From contig CM082588.2 in assembly GCA_040954595.2 (NCBI GenBank), forward strand, positions 11,020,844 through 11,084,843: 64,000 nucleotides of DNA. Direction: 5' to 3'. Below are positions 24,764 through 37,689 of the stretch, in pieces. Both the position numbers and the translations under genes were made by a program. This stretch comes from Balanoglossus misakiensis. Lineage: Eukaryota; Animalia; Hemichordata. The notes beneath the pieces were generated by a model, which saw nothing but the letters and a program-made list of their open reading frames with translations, was not told the DNA's origin and searched no databases. How positions within the stretch are numbered: position 1 is the stretch's first letter; the number at the start of each line of letters is the position of its first letter.

Positions 24764-27700
24764 TACATCCATACATAAATACAGACACAACTGATTCCAT
24801 AAGGCCCATGGTACATACCATATGGGACCTAAAAACTGCAGAAGCTACACAAAACATTAATACTGAAAACATGGCAAACAGTTGTTGCTAACGGGGTTTT
24901 AAATCTCCCTTATAGATATTTTTGAACTCCCAATTTATGATTATTGACTGTTTGATTGATTAGTTGTTGCACAAATGATAGTATTATCAAAGTAAATAAT
25001 ATCTGTGAGAAATTTCTTTTCATATTTATTTGAATATGGATAGGGTAAGATGGGGGTTAAACAAAACTACATTTGTTCAAAAGTGGCAAAAACACAAATA
25101 TGCAAAAATCACTATAATTGTACACCATCTTACTTAAATCACTACAAGGAACATTCCTGTCAAAGTTCAAAGCAATCTGACAAGCGCTTTCAGACACAGC
25201 GAATTTGATAACCATCTACAAATATATTTTTATTTTTTAAACAATTCTTTTACAACACCTTACTTGGGTTACCCCCCTAGGAATCTGCATTCTGAGCAAA
25301 AATTACAAAATTGCTCAAAATTATAAATATACCAATTTCACAACAATTTGCAATTTGGACAAAAACTATGGCTTTCAGAAAGGAAGATTTTTCTTTACCA
25401 ATAATGCAGTAAAAGACAAAACAATAAAAATAGAAAATTCATAATATTAGCTCAAAACAAAACATACAGGACTGTATGGCATTTATTGACATTTATAAGA
25501 ATATGGACAGGGTATGATAGGGGGGGGGGAATTATAAATTCCAAGGGGGTCATCAATTTTTTGTCATAGCTTTTTGGGGCCATAGAAAAAATAACCTAAA
25601 AAGTAGGAAATCCTACGTCCCCCTAAGCTTTCATTCTGGCCAACAACTTTTTATGAAGGCTTCTGCAGTTGTTAAAAACAGATTGCCTGCTATGTTAGAC
25701 TATCAATCTATAGAGGGGATGAAAAATGTCCTTTTGTCAAGTGTCTGGATTTTGATAACTTCAACAGGTAAAAATATATTTGTAGATGTTTATCAAATTC
25801 GCTATGTCTGAAACAGTATGCTTGCAAATGTATTAATATAGTCAGATAATATGAATAGTGAAGATAGCAAAACAAACAGGTTTATGCTTATAGCCATAAC
25901 TTCTATTAGTGATGTACATGTTGTACTTAGCAAATAATTGTTATGATCAACTTGGTTTTTATTGCACAAGATCTTTTTATTGCATCCATGTTTCGTTTCA
26001 TTCTGGATAATAGTCTGTCTAAATAAGTTAACAGGCTTGATGAGGGTTATTTTAAACAGCGTTCTCAAAAAACCTGCAATGTCATGCCCTATATTTATAA
26101 AGTTGAGGAGAGGTTGTATTCCTAGCAGGATGTTGAAATCATTGGAGGACAAACCCTGCCAGTACCAAAAGTTGCTGGGTGTTATAAATGTTTGAGTAAC
26201 CCCCCCCCCCCCCCTTCCCCAATAACACAATATATACTAAAACATTTTTACAACATCTTACTCAGTTTACCCTTAGGAATATGCCTACCAAATCAATCTG
26301 GCATGCAGTTTTAAAGAAAAAAAAAATGACCAAAAGTGGCAAAAATTGCTCAAAATTAAAATATGCAAATTTTTCAACAATTTGAACAAAACTTTGGTTA
26401 CTCAGACAACCATTAGAAGCTTCATACTAAAATTCAAAGAATGAGGCCTATAACTTTAAGAAATGATGATTTCTTTACCAATAATGTGGAATAATACAAA
26501 AAATGCATAAAAGATTTTTGGCATAAAAAATTAAAAATCGATAATATTAGCTCAAAACATACAGGACTGTTTGAGGTAGACATAAGGTACATGCATACTG
26601 ATTTTCAAATGAATGTGACCAGTGGTTGTTGAGTTTGAGTTTTGACCAATTTCACATTTTCCTAGCTAATTTGCATATTTTTGGCAATGACAGCTTCATT
26701 TGAACAAACTCCAATCTTCAGCCTGGCCTGCATCTACACACCAAATATCGAGGTCATATGCCCAGCGGTTTTCAAGTTTGTGATGTGGACGGACATACAG
26801 ACATACATACATACATCCACCGATATCATAAGGTCCCATGGTAAAGCAAATGGGACCTTACAAAACTATGATAACTCAGATCACCTATGAAGCTTCATAC
26901 TAAATTTCAAATAAGTCAGCTGATCAATTCCAGAAAAGCAGATTTTCTACCGATAATGTGGAAAGAGACAAAAAATACATAAAAAATCGAAAATTCACAT
27001 TAGCTCACGACATATAGAACTGTGTGAGGTTAACATAACTTACAGGAATACCAATTTTCAATTTTGAAAGCAATTTGCTCAGTAGTTGTCGAGTTCCCGA
27101 GTTTGGACGAATTTGACACTTTCCCAGCTAATTTGCATATTTTGGCAATGACAACTTCATTTTGACAACTCCCACTTAATGCCCTGCCTGCATCTCCACA
27201 CTAAATATCAAGGTCACATGCCAGTGGTTTCCAAGTGTTTGATATTGATAGACATACAGACAAACATCCATACAGACATCCATATATACAGGTGCAACTG
27301 ATCCCATAAGGTCCCATGGTATAAATACATATACCTGCACCAAATGGGACCTAATAATTCTGATAAAATGCCTACATAGTAAGTTTAAAAACCAATTGTA
27401 CCTTCAACGTCCTTGGACAACAATGGCTAATATTACTTGCCAAGGGCGACTAGAATTTTGGGGGCCTGATGCAATTCTGATACATGTACTTCATGATTTA
27501 GAGATATTGTGAAAATCCTGTCAACCGAATTACAGGGAAATCAGATTTTCCATGTAAAATCATATCACCCAAAAATGTCAAGTGTCGAAAATAATTTTGA
27601 AACAAAAGTCTACTCAAAATCATACCAAAATTTAAATTTTAAAGCAGTACGTTAGGCAAGCAATTTGAGAATGAAGAAACTTACAAAAAAATTATAAATT

Positions 27701-28050
27701 GAAAATAACTTACAAATGCCGTACACAAACTTACAATCACTACCATATTACTGTACAAGTTAAAAGGACATTGTACCAGCAGAGACATTGCGATCGAGCA
27801 ATCCCCAAGATATACATGACATGGTCTAATTACAAATATTGAATATGTAAAATAGGTACACAACACTTCCATTCTTTCAGTACAGTCAGCTGCTTGTTAA
27901 CAATAGGCATGTAGCTATTTCATCAAATTTACAGCCCAAGTCATGCCTATACAATTCTCCCTTAAGCTACCCTAAGTGAGTGATGAAAATCTCATATGGT
28001 CGACAATTGATGGCCGATTTTTGCCATGTTAAAGAAATGGGAGTTCATAA

Positions 28051-28831
28051 GGCTGCATTCACAAACACCTCTGGCGAGGGGGGGGGCAGGAGAATTGAGC
28101 GGGGGGGGGATTTGAAAAAATTGAAGGTATGTAAGGGGGGATTTGAAATAATTTAGGGACTGAAAGGGGGGACTTGAAAACTTTGACGACTAAATATTTA
28201 TTTTGAGTCCACAAAAATGCAGTTTCGCGCCCTTTATTTTACACCCCCTCCCACACCCACCCCCCTCCATTCATCAACACCTTTCAATCATTAACTGGTT
28301 TATCTAGTGTCCCATGTCAGGGGACTTGCCCCCACCCCATGATAACTTTGAGCGGCGACGGTTAAATTTATCCTCCCCAACATACTGGTAGTTGAGTTAA
28401 TTTGCTTTTGCCGGGTTCATAAAAATGCAGCTTTGAGCTCTGTATTTTATAAAATTTTCTTACGTGGGAGGGGGACACCCCTTCCCACACCCACCCCCTT
28501 CAATTCCCGGTTTACAATGTCTCCCAACACAGAATACAAATACTTAAAAAATAAAAACCATGTTCAGTTTTAATACCCACTGATGAGGGGAAACATCAGT
28601 TTCAAAGTCTTTTCATGGGAGCGCTGTTTTTCTTTTTTACAAGATAGATAAGTGATGTGTTTTGCTCTGTGAAAGAAAATGGGGGGGGGGATTTTAAAAT
28701 TTTGGCAGTTCAGAAGGGGGTGGGGGATTTGAAAATATTTCGGGTTGTGTACAGGGGGGGGGCATGTGAAAATTAGCAGTAAAAAAATTGAATTCTCCCC
28801 CCCCCATCCAGAGGTGTTTGTGAATGGAGCC
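28051..28831. mobile_element. PIF/Harbinger-like MITE
   Basis: TAA|GGCTGCATTCACAAACACCTCTGG ... CCAGAGGTGTTTGTGAATGGAGCC|TAA. The empty site GAGTTCATAAGCTAAA is present in the paralogous copy at about 35334-35349. Confidence 0.9.
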
Positions 28832-29262
28832 TAAGCTAAAGCTAAAGTGATAATGGGTCATAACAGACAAAATAACAAAATGTGAAAAACATTTAATGAG
28901 TTTAATATGCTAACTACGGAGACAGACATGTTTGACCAAAGCATGAAATACACAAAATGTATCATTTCTTCCACCTCTTACTACAGTGGGTTGTAGACTT
29001 TTCGCCCAGAATGCAATGTGATTTGACCCCCTAGCGCAAAGTGAAAACCTATTTAAGGCAGCCAGAATTTTCTGCATAGTATGACGGAAACATTTGTAAA
29101 GTCATGGCTAGCGTGGGCTGGTAAGTTTATATGGGGCTCTCCATGATAACCAGTTGTGGCTTACCACCACCATAATTTTGAAAGGGCGACTTCACTATTT
29201 GATGGGAAAAGGTAGCCTTTACAAACAAGCTATGGAGCATGTATACAGCAAGTTGTGCTTAC

Positions 29263-29335
29263 CGGAAAGCGGTCTTGGATCAGGCCTAGGTATTCTCTTC
29301 CTCCTCCGGCATACGTTGAAATGCTGTGTTTAAGA
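29263..29335 (-). other. Micro-exon B, copy 1 (73 nt)
   Basis: Branch point TACTAAT, acceptor TTTGATTCACAG, donor CCG|GTAAGCA. One frame is open (LKHSISTYAGGGREYLGLIQDRFP). Confidence 0.65.
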
Positions 29336-30512
29336 CTGTGAATCAAATATTTGCTTATCAATTAGTAACCAATCAACCTTGCTTTAGAATTATTTGGGCC
29401 ATACTAATTAGTGAAAATATGCAAAACATGGTATAATATAGGGTCAGACTGTGCTGCGATAATGTACGTGGAATACGAATCAGAGAAATCTGTAACAGCG
29501 ATCTTGAAACTCCATTTACATCAGTACTGCAGTAAAGTGGTCCACATGGGTATACCACAAACATGGCAGTTAGGTGACAAGTGAAACTGACATCATATCT
29601 GTAAACGACAGGTGTACACACACTTTGACATCTACGTAACACTGTACAATGATTTCTTAATGTTTGTTGTGAAAATGAAACTTACATTTGATCCACCTCA
29701 CTTTTCATACAACTGATTAGCGCAAGAATGTAAATTGTTGGCAATTATAAAACATTTATTTTACTATAGAAAAGTAAGCCTTTACATTTAAACTTTGAAT
29801 ATCAGTATACTAAAATGTTTCAAACGTGGCTGTCAGTATATCTCATGGCATGGTGGCAGAAGTACATGTTGTTACCAGGGAAGACACATTGAACATAGAC
29901 AAGCGCACTAGTCGCTTGGTGATTTTTCATCTAGATTCTCAAAACTTTCTGTGCATTTGGTAGCTTTGAGCAAGTTTCTGGTACTGAGCTGAGTTTCGAA
30001 TTTGGAACTGGGCTGCTTTGGCTTTGATTACCATGGGCCAATATGATCTTATGCACACATTTTTGAAAAAAACTCCAGCCTGTTTGTGTCGTGATCTATA
30101 TTTTTCTTTGTGGCCTAAGGTATTGTTTTATTTCACTATAAACAACATTACTTTCCTTCATGTGTCTATATATAATAATAGATCTCTTAGCCAGTTTGAT
30201 GAAGCATAGTGTTGGACTAGCACACTTTCAGCCAAAATTACGGTATCTCCCCGTGTATTGGTATGGGAGTAATTTCTAGCTATATGGTTAAGGAAATGCA
30301 TCCAAATTTAATTTATGCTTCACATGAAGATTTGAACTTGACCATTTAATTCATGTCATCACGATCATATCACAGGCAATCGAGGCTAGAATTCGAAGGA
30401 AAAAAGTATTGATAACTGGAAGGTGTAAATTAGTTCGTAGACATACATTGTTTCCTATTGTTTCGGTTGTGCCACGCCCGATAAAAGCAAATATACAGCA
30501 AGTCATGCTTAC

Positions 30513-30587
30513 CATTGAGCGGTCTTAAACTCGCCCCAGACGAGGAAGAGAATCCCGAGTTGAAATGCAGACAATTTCAGGCAGCAT
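30513..30587 (-). other. Micro-exon A, copy 1 (75 nt)
   Basis: Branch point TACTAAC, acceptor TTTGATTCACAG, donor ATG|GTAAGCA. One frame is open (CCLKLSAFQLGILFLVWGEFKTAQ) and is phase-compatible with exon B. Confidence 0.65.
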
Positions 30588-33500
30588 CTGTGAATCAAAT
30601 AGATATAGAAGTTAGTAACCAGTCATAGTAGCTCTAAGTTGGGTGTAAAAGTCTAAGTTGGGTGTACTAACTCTCCTTGTTAACAGTAACTTTCAAAGAA
30701 ACTGAGCAATTGGTTAAAAAGATTTGCTATCCAAAAACAAAGAAATTTACAACAAACTACCTAAATATTGACAACCAGAATTTAATCAAAGTTGCACATA
30801 CATGTACATGTGTTATGAAATTGTTAACTAACTTCCAAAGCAATCAGGAACCAGATATTAACTGAATATGCTCACGTGCAGTACTGTGATTGGTTGACAG
30901 AATAACAAGATTAGAAAAACCAGTTTTAAACCATTTTGGTTTATAGTGTATATGGTGTAAGGGTTGTGTGTTGCACCATTGTGAAATGTAAACATGTTTG
31001 TGGAATTGTTGCCTTGTCAATTTTTGTAAGGGGTTATGAGTCATGTACCCCATCCTGAACTGCATAAAAATAATAAGTCTATGGAATTCTAAAACTCTTT
31101 GATCAAAAATGGCAAGAAATATACCAAAAAGTATGAATATTTCACCAGATTTCAACAAATCTGATTTCTGTTCATGCCTAAGAACCTCTTTAACAAGTTT
31201 CAATAAGGAAGACATTTTGGCAAACAACAGGAAATTCAGACAAATCTGACTGATATCACATATATGAATTCCCATTCAAAGTTTCCAACCAATTGGACTT
31301 GTGGTATTACCGAAGACTATTTGGCCAAACCCTGCAGAAATTCCCAAAAAATACAATTATGCAAATTTCATTACAATTTGATCATATCTGACTGAGATCA
31401 CCCCTAGAAACCCAAATACAAAGTATCAAAACAATTGCACCTACATTTCACAGGATTGGATTTTTTGGCAAAAACAGGAAATATTGCCCAAAAATGCATT
31501 TTTGCAAATTTCACCACCGTTTGCACAAATGTGATTCAGGTAAGCCCTATGAACCTCCATACCAAGTTTCCAATCAATTGGACATGTAATTTCAGAGAAA
31601 AATTTTTTTTAACAAAACTGCAGAAAATTCCCCAAAAAATTCATAAAAAATAGGAAACGCCAGATACTGACTCCACCTGAACAAAATCATACTAGGTCTT
31701 CCCAAAGTACTTGCACACCAATGCACGCCAATTTTTAACTTAATCTGATCCGCTGTTATTAAGTTTTTCAATTTTGACTATTTGAACATTTTTCCAGTTA
31801 ATACCAGTATGCATTTTTTCGCAATAACAATTTCTATGTACACACTAAATATCAGTAGTTTCAAGTTTTTGATGTTGATGGACATACACATACATACATC
31901 AATACATTAAGACGAAACTAATCCATTCACAAAATACATAATTCTGTATGAGGCACACATACAGACATACATAGCCGACGGACACCAACTTATGCTATAA
32001 GCTGACATTTATATACATGTTAGCCAAAAACAAAATCAACCTCAAAATAGACATTAAAATATATTGCACCACCATGAGAAGACAAATTCATTTTTTGACA
32101 AATTTTCTGGGGCGTCATTGATATAGCATGGCATATTGTCAAAGTACGTAGGCTCTGTGATAAGATTCCATACACACAAAATGGTAACCTTGGAAGTCCA
32201 GCTGACGTAGTTATGCAATGGCGTCTCGTGTATTCCGTCGCCAAAAAATCATCGTAAACTAATTGATAGTCGGGGTCACAATTCAAGACGACTTTCTCTA
32301 AATTCTTTATGAATGGATTAAATCGAAATCGAAATGTTGACGTATGACATACGGAATGAGATCTGAACAGACATTCAATGTTATCATTCTCGCTCGATCA
32401 CATATTGGGTAGGCCATCTAGCAATCGCTATATAGTATTGGCGATAACAGACTGTCTATAAACACACAAAACGGATTTTACTGTTGAGTGTGATCAACCG
32501 CCATGTTATTTTTCTCTGAACAATAGACAAATAGAAAGCCTGGTGACATTTTGAGATTGACTGCGTGAGGACCACAATATGCGTGAATCATTTACGGTTT
32601 GTCTTGATGAATGGGTCACGTCATAGTCATAACGCGGATTCGGCTGCACGCCAACTATCCGCCATATTGTCTCCACTAACTTACTCGTAAGTAGTTTCAA
32701 ACTTCATTTGAAAAGAGTATTCGTCTGACGGTCCTGTAGATTAACAATTTACGCTCTATGAAGCAACTAAACAACGTTAGCTTCCTTGTGGATTCACGTA
32801 GGGAAGTTATTCGTAACGACGGGTACAGCGTCTGAGCATGGACAGAACCACGGCAATATCGCCAGGAATGTCTCATTTCACAGCGCCCTCAAACAGTCGA
32901 TCTCCTCAAATTATCGTTTCCACTGGTCATATATGCAGCATTAACGAAAGCTCTCATAGACAACCATGTAATAGAAAAATTAAAACTTTAATAACTTCAT
33001 TAATATCAAAGCCACACCCACCAAAACCTTTTCAGTTCTTGCCATATGATATCTGAACCTGTGTACTAAATTTGGTTGAAATCGGTTCAGCGGTTCTTGA
33101 GATATCGGGTATACAGACAGACACACACATACACAGACATCGCTAAACTATAAGCTCACGTGATTTTCAGGTGAGCTAAAAATTGGGTTACCCCTAGGAA
33201 TATTCCTACCATATTTCAAAGCCATCAAAAAAGCAGTTTCAAAGAAAAACACATTTGTTCAAAAGTGGCAAAAACACAAATATGCAAACATCTCTATAAT
33301 TGTACACCATCTTACTTCAATCACTACAAGGAACATTCCTGCCAAAATTCAAAGCAATCTGACAAGGGTTTGAACGGTTTAACAGAAAACAGTTTTTGAC
33401 AAAGATTGCAAAAAATATCCCCAATAACACAAGCACGCAGTTTTAACCATTTTTATGACATCTTCCTTGGGTTACCCCTGGGAATCTGCCTACCAAATTG

Positions 33501-35996
33501 CAAAGCATTCTGACCATAATTGGCAAAATTGCTCAAAATTATAAATATGCCTATTTTACAACAATCTGAACAAAAAATATGGTAACTCGGACCACCCATA
33601 GGAAGCTTCATACTAAATTTCGAAGGAGTCGGACTATCGCTTTCAGAAGTGAAGATTTTTTTTTACCAATAATGTGGAAAAAGACAAAAAAAATTAATAA
33701 ACATTAGAAAATTCATAATATTAGCTCACAACATACAGGACTGTATGGGGTTCATTGACATACCAATCTGACCAGTGGTTGTCAAGTTTCTGACTTTTGA
33801 CCAATTTCACATTTACACAGGTAATATTTTGGCAATGACAATTTCATTTGAACAAAATCCCATCTACAGCCCCGCCTGCATCTACACACTAAATATGGAA
33901 GTGATATGCCCAGCGGTTTTCATCCATTCACTCATACATACAAATGCAACTGATTCCATAAGGTCCCAATCGTATATATGTACATAAACCAAATGGGACC
34001 TAAAAATTGCTCCAAAATTATAAATACGCAATTTTTGGCAACAATTTAAACAAAACTATGGTTGGTAACTCAGATCACCTATGAAGCTTCATAATAAATT
34101 TCAAACAAGTCAGCTGATCAATTCCAGAAAAGTAGGTTTTTACCGACAATGTGGAAAGAGAAAAAAAAATGCTTAAAAATAGAAAATTCACATTATTAGC
34201 TCACAACATGTAGAATTGTGAGAGGATACCATAAGGTACATGCATACCAATTATCAATTTTGAAAGCAATTTGCCCAGTAGTTGTTGAGTTCCCAAGTTT
34301 TGACGAATTTGACACTTTCCCAGCTAATTTGCATATTTTGGCAATGACAACTTCACTGAGACAAACTCCCATCTACTGCCCTGTCTGCACATTAAATATC
34401 AAGGTGAAATGCCAGTAGTTTCCAAATGTTTGATGTTGATGGACATACAAACATCCATACATACAGGTGCAACTGATCCCGTAAGGTACCATGGTATAAA
34501 TACATATACCAAATGGGACCTAATAATTCTGATAAAATGCGTACATACGTACATACATACAAGTCAGCAATAAGGAGACGGGATAGTGGGCTGGCACTGA
34601 GTGTCTATTTCTATTGCAAATTATAAACATGCAGCAAGTGTAAAAACCACATGTACCTTCAACGTCCTTGGACAACACATTTTTGTAACTTTCCCAGATC
34701 AATGGCTAATATTACTTGCCAAAGGCGACTAGAATTTTGAGGGCCTGATGCAAGTCTGATACATGTACTTCATGATTTAGAGATATGATGAAAATCCTGT
34801 CAACCGAATTACAGGGAAATCAGATTTTCCATGTAAAATCATATCACCCAAAAGTGTCAAAAATAATTTTGAAACAAAAAGTCTACTCAAAATCATACCA
34901 AAATTTAAATGTTAATGCAGTACGTTAGGCAAGCAATTTGAGAATGAAGAAACTTACAAAATAATTTATAAATTGTAAATAATTTACAAATGCCGCACAC
35001 AAACTTACAATTACTACCATATTACTGAACATGTTAGAAGGACATTGTACCAGCAGAGACATTGTGATCGAGCAATCCCCAAGATATACATGACATGGTC
35101 TAATTACAAATATTGAATATGTAAAATATGTACACAACACTTCCAGTCTTACAGTACAGTCAGCTGCTTGTGAACAATAGTCATGTAGCTATTTCATCAA
35201 ATTTACAGCCCAAGTCTTGCCTATACAATTCTCCCTACTTTAAACACGTTTTAAGCTACCCTAAATGAGTGATGAAAATCTCATACGGTCGATAATTTCA
35301 AGATGGCCGATTTTTGCCATGTTAAAGAAATGGGAGTTCATAAGCTAAAATGATGATGGGTCATTCTTGAACTTTTTAACAGAAAAAATAGCAAAAGTGA
35401 AAAAAAGTTTAATATGCTAACTACCGAGACAGAAATGTTTGACCGAAGGAAGTCATGAAATACAGTAAACATATCATTTCTTCTATCTCTTACTACAGTT
35501 GGTTATGGACTTTCCGCCCAGAATGCAATGAGATTTGACACCTAGCGCAAAGTGAAAAACCTATTTAAGGCAGCCAGAATTTTCTGCATAGTATGACGGA
35601 AACATTTGTAAAGTCATGGCTAGCATGGGTTGGCAGGTTTATGGGACCCGCTCAGGTTCCCTCGAATAACACATAATGCATGATTGGTGACTGATTATTG
35701 TTTATTTGTTGATTTTGTCACATTTTCAGAAAAATCCCTATCAATCAGTCATATTTGTTTGGCCTTGCTATACAGCGCAATATGAATCTTGTTGACTGAA
35801 ATTGTTGAGGATAGTGGTACATAAAGGTTACCAATTGGAAAATATTAAAATGATTATTAGTGGTGTCCAACTCTTCATGATAACCAGTTGTGGCTTGCCA
35901 CCACCATAATTTTAAAAGGGTGACTTCACTATTTGATGGGAAAAGGTAGCATTTACAAACAAGCTATGGAGCATGTATACAGCAAGGTGTGCTTAC

Positions 35997-36069
35997 CGGA
36001 AAGCGGTCTTGGATCAGGCCTAAGTATTCTCTTCCTCCTCCGGCATACGTTGAAATGCTGTGTTTAAGA
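35997..36069 (-). other. Micro-exon B, copy 2
   Basis: Same splice signals as copy 1; one substitution (CTA>TTA). Confidence 0.65.
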
Positions 36070-36407
36070 CTGTGAATCAAATATATGCAAATATTAATTA
36101 GTAACCAATCAACCTTGCTTTAGAATTATGTGGGCCATACAAATTAGTGAAAATATGCAAAACATGGTATAATATAGGGTCAGAAAAAATTTCCAGCCTG
36201 TTTGTGTCATGATTTACATTTTTCTTTCTGGCCTAAAGTATTGTTTTATTTCACTCTAAACAACATTACTTTCCTTCATGCGTCTAATATAATAACAGAT
36301 CTCTTAGCCAGTTTGATTAAGCATAGTTTTGGACTAGCACACGTTCAGCCAAAGTTAAAGTATCTCCCTGTGTATTGATATGGGAGTAATTTTAGCTATA
36401 TGGTTAA

Positions 36408-36754
36408 AGTGACAAAGTCTCTCTGTCGCTGTCCTTTTTCCATTAATTATGTTTGATACAAGACACTGTTTATGTCAATGTACATTTGGATATATAGTGA
36501 ATAAATGATCAACCACACAAAACTTCCATCCCGCTTGTATGATATGAGAGTAAAAACTCGCCCAAAATGAATAAATGGTAAAGAACGATTATTCATTTTG
36601 GCGAGTATTTTTACTATCGTGTCTACAAGTGGGACGGAAGTTGTGTGTGGCTGAACGTTCATTCACTATATATCTACATGTAGAATAACAAACGGTGTCT
36701 TGTATCAAATATAATTAATGGAAAAAAGGGCAGCGAGAGAGAGACTTTGTCCCT
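36408..36754. mobile_element. Palindromic Kolobok-like MITE
   Basis: TTAA|AGTGACAAAGTCTCTC ... GAGAGACTTTGTCCCT|TTAA. The empty site TATGGTTAAGGAAATGC is at about 30283-30299. Family members lie at 57514 and 58470. Confidence 0.9.
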
Positions 36755-36996
36755 TTAAGGAAATGCATCCACATTTATTTTATGCTCCACGTGAAGATTT
36801 GAACTTGTGAGTTGTCCATCTAATTCATGACATCACGATCATATCACAAGCAATCGAGGCCAGAATTCGAAGGGGAAAAAACAGGTACATTGTATTGAAA
36901 GCTGGAATATGTAAATTAGTTCGTAGACATACATTTCTTCCTATTGTTTCGGTTGCAACACCCGATAAAAGCAAATATAAAGCAAGTCATGCTTAC

Positions 36997-37071
36997 CATT
37001 GAGCGGTCTTAAACTCGCCCCGGACAAGGAAGAGAATCCCGAGTTGAAACGCAGACAGTTTCAGGCAGCAT
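36997..37071 (-). other. Micro-exon A, copy 2
   Basis: Same splice signals as copy 1; four transitions relative to it. Confidence 0.65.
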
Positions 37072-37274
37072 CTGTGAATCAAATAGACATAGAAGTTAGT
37101 AACCAGTCATAGAAGCTCTGCGTGGCAGGGCTGCGTGTTAACGGCTATACCATAGCTCCCACTGGTAGCTTATAACAGTCTCAATGGTGCCAAAAATCTC
37201 CCCAACAACAAAACCAACCCTGGTCAGTTTATTCGCTATCGCTTTGCCTTAAAAGTTATACTGTAGTGTGTTAC

Positions 37275-37689
37275 CACAGGGGGCTCCTCCCTCCGCGATT
37301 TTATTGTTTGTTTGTTGTTGTTGATTGGCATAATAAACAAATACATATTTCATTATTAATAAATATGGTTTGTTGACATGTAAGTGTTAGGGTATATTCA
37401 ACAGTTAGGGTTACTGTTGGCATTTTTTTCGATCCACGGCCCCGGGCATCACTAAGCCACAGGGGGTGGGGGGGGGGGGGTTTGGGGGGGTGATGCCGGC
37501 CATGGATCGAAAAAATGCCAACACTAATTCTAACCGTTGAATATACCATAACCTGTCAAATATACCCTAATAACCTAACCCTTACATGTCAACAAACCAT
37601 ATTTATTAATAAAGAAATATGTATTTGTTTATTATGCCAATCAACAACAACAAACAAACAATAAAATCGCCTAGGGAGAGCCCCCTGTG
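37275..37689. mobile_element. Palindromic P-like MITE
   Basis: CACAGGGGGCTC...GAGCCCCCTGTG with 7-bp TSD GTGTTAC (37268-74, 37690-96). The arms are complementary over most of the 415 bp. Confidence 0.88.

Larger units (their letters stand above)
25060..30635 (+). repeat. Local segmental duplication, copy 1 (paralogous to 33240-37118)
   Basis: Collinear similarity from ACATTTGTTCAAAAGTGGCAAAAACACAAATATGC to GTTAGTAACCAGTCATAG.AGCTCT, with copy-specific insertions and deletions. Confidence 0.85.
19840..35000. repeat. Patchwork of degenerate interspersed repeats with Helentron/HINE (DINE-1-like) ends
   Basis: Recurrent degenerate subunits (CCAAATTTCAAAGCAAT.., AAATATGCAAATTT). Repeated terminal module of (ACAT/ACAG)n microsatellite, short inverted repeat and A-run, at about 24800-24835, 26825-26860, 27300-27355, 32000-32030, 33150-33183, 33955-34005 and 34480-34522. 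Family assignment is inference from architecture. Confidence 0.6.
33240..37118 (+). repeat. Local segmental duplication, copy 2
   Basis: Collinear with 25060-30635. It lacks the Harbinger MITE and the ~29445-30070 segment, and carries an extra Kolobok MITE and a ~230-bp insert at about 35643-35870. Confidence 0.85.

Noticed and set aside
25625-26195. Possible coding fragment between G and C homopolymer runs
   Set aside because: Frames are short and interrupted; no family could be recognised.
28987-29120. Plus-strand exon candidate (..CTACAG| to |GTAAGT)
   Set aside because: The donor is not conserved in copy 2, and the copies differ by indels.
32130-33000. CpG-rich insert as a gene or transposon
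   Set aside because: No TIR, TSD or credible ORF could be delimited.
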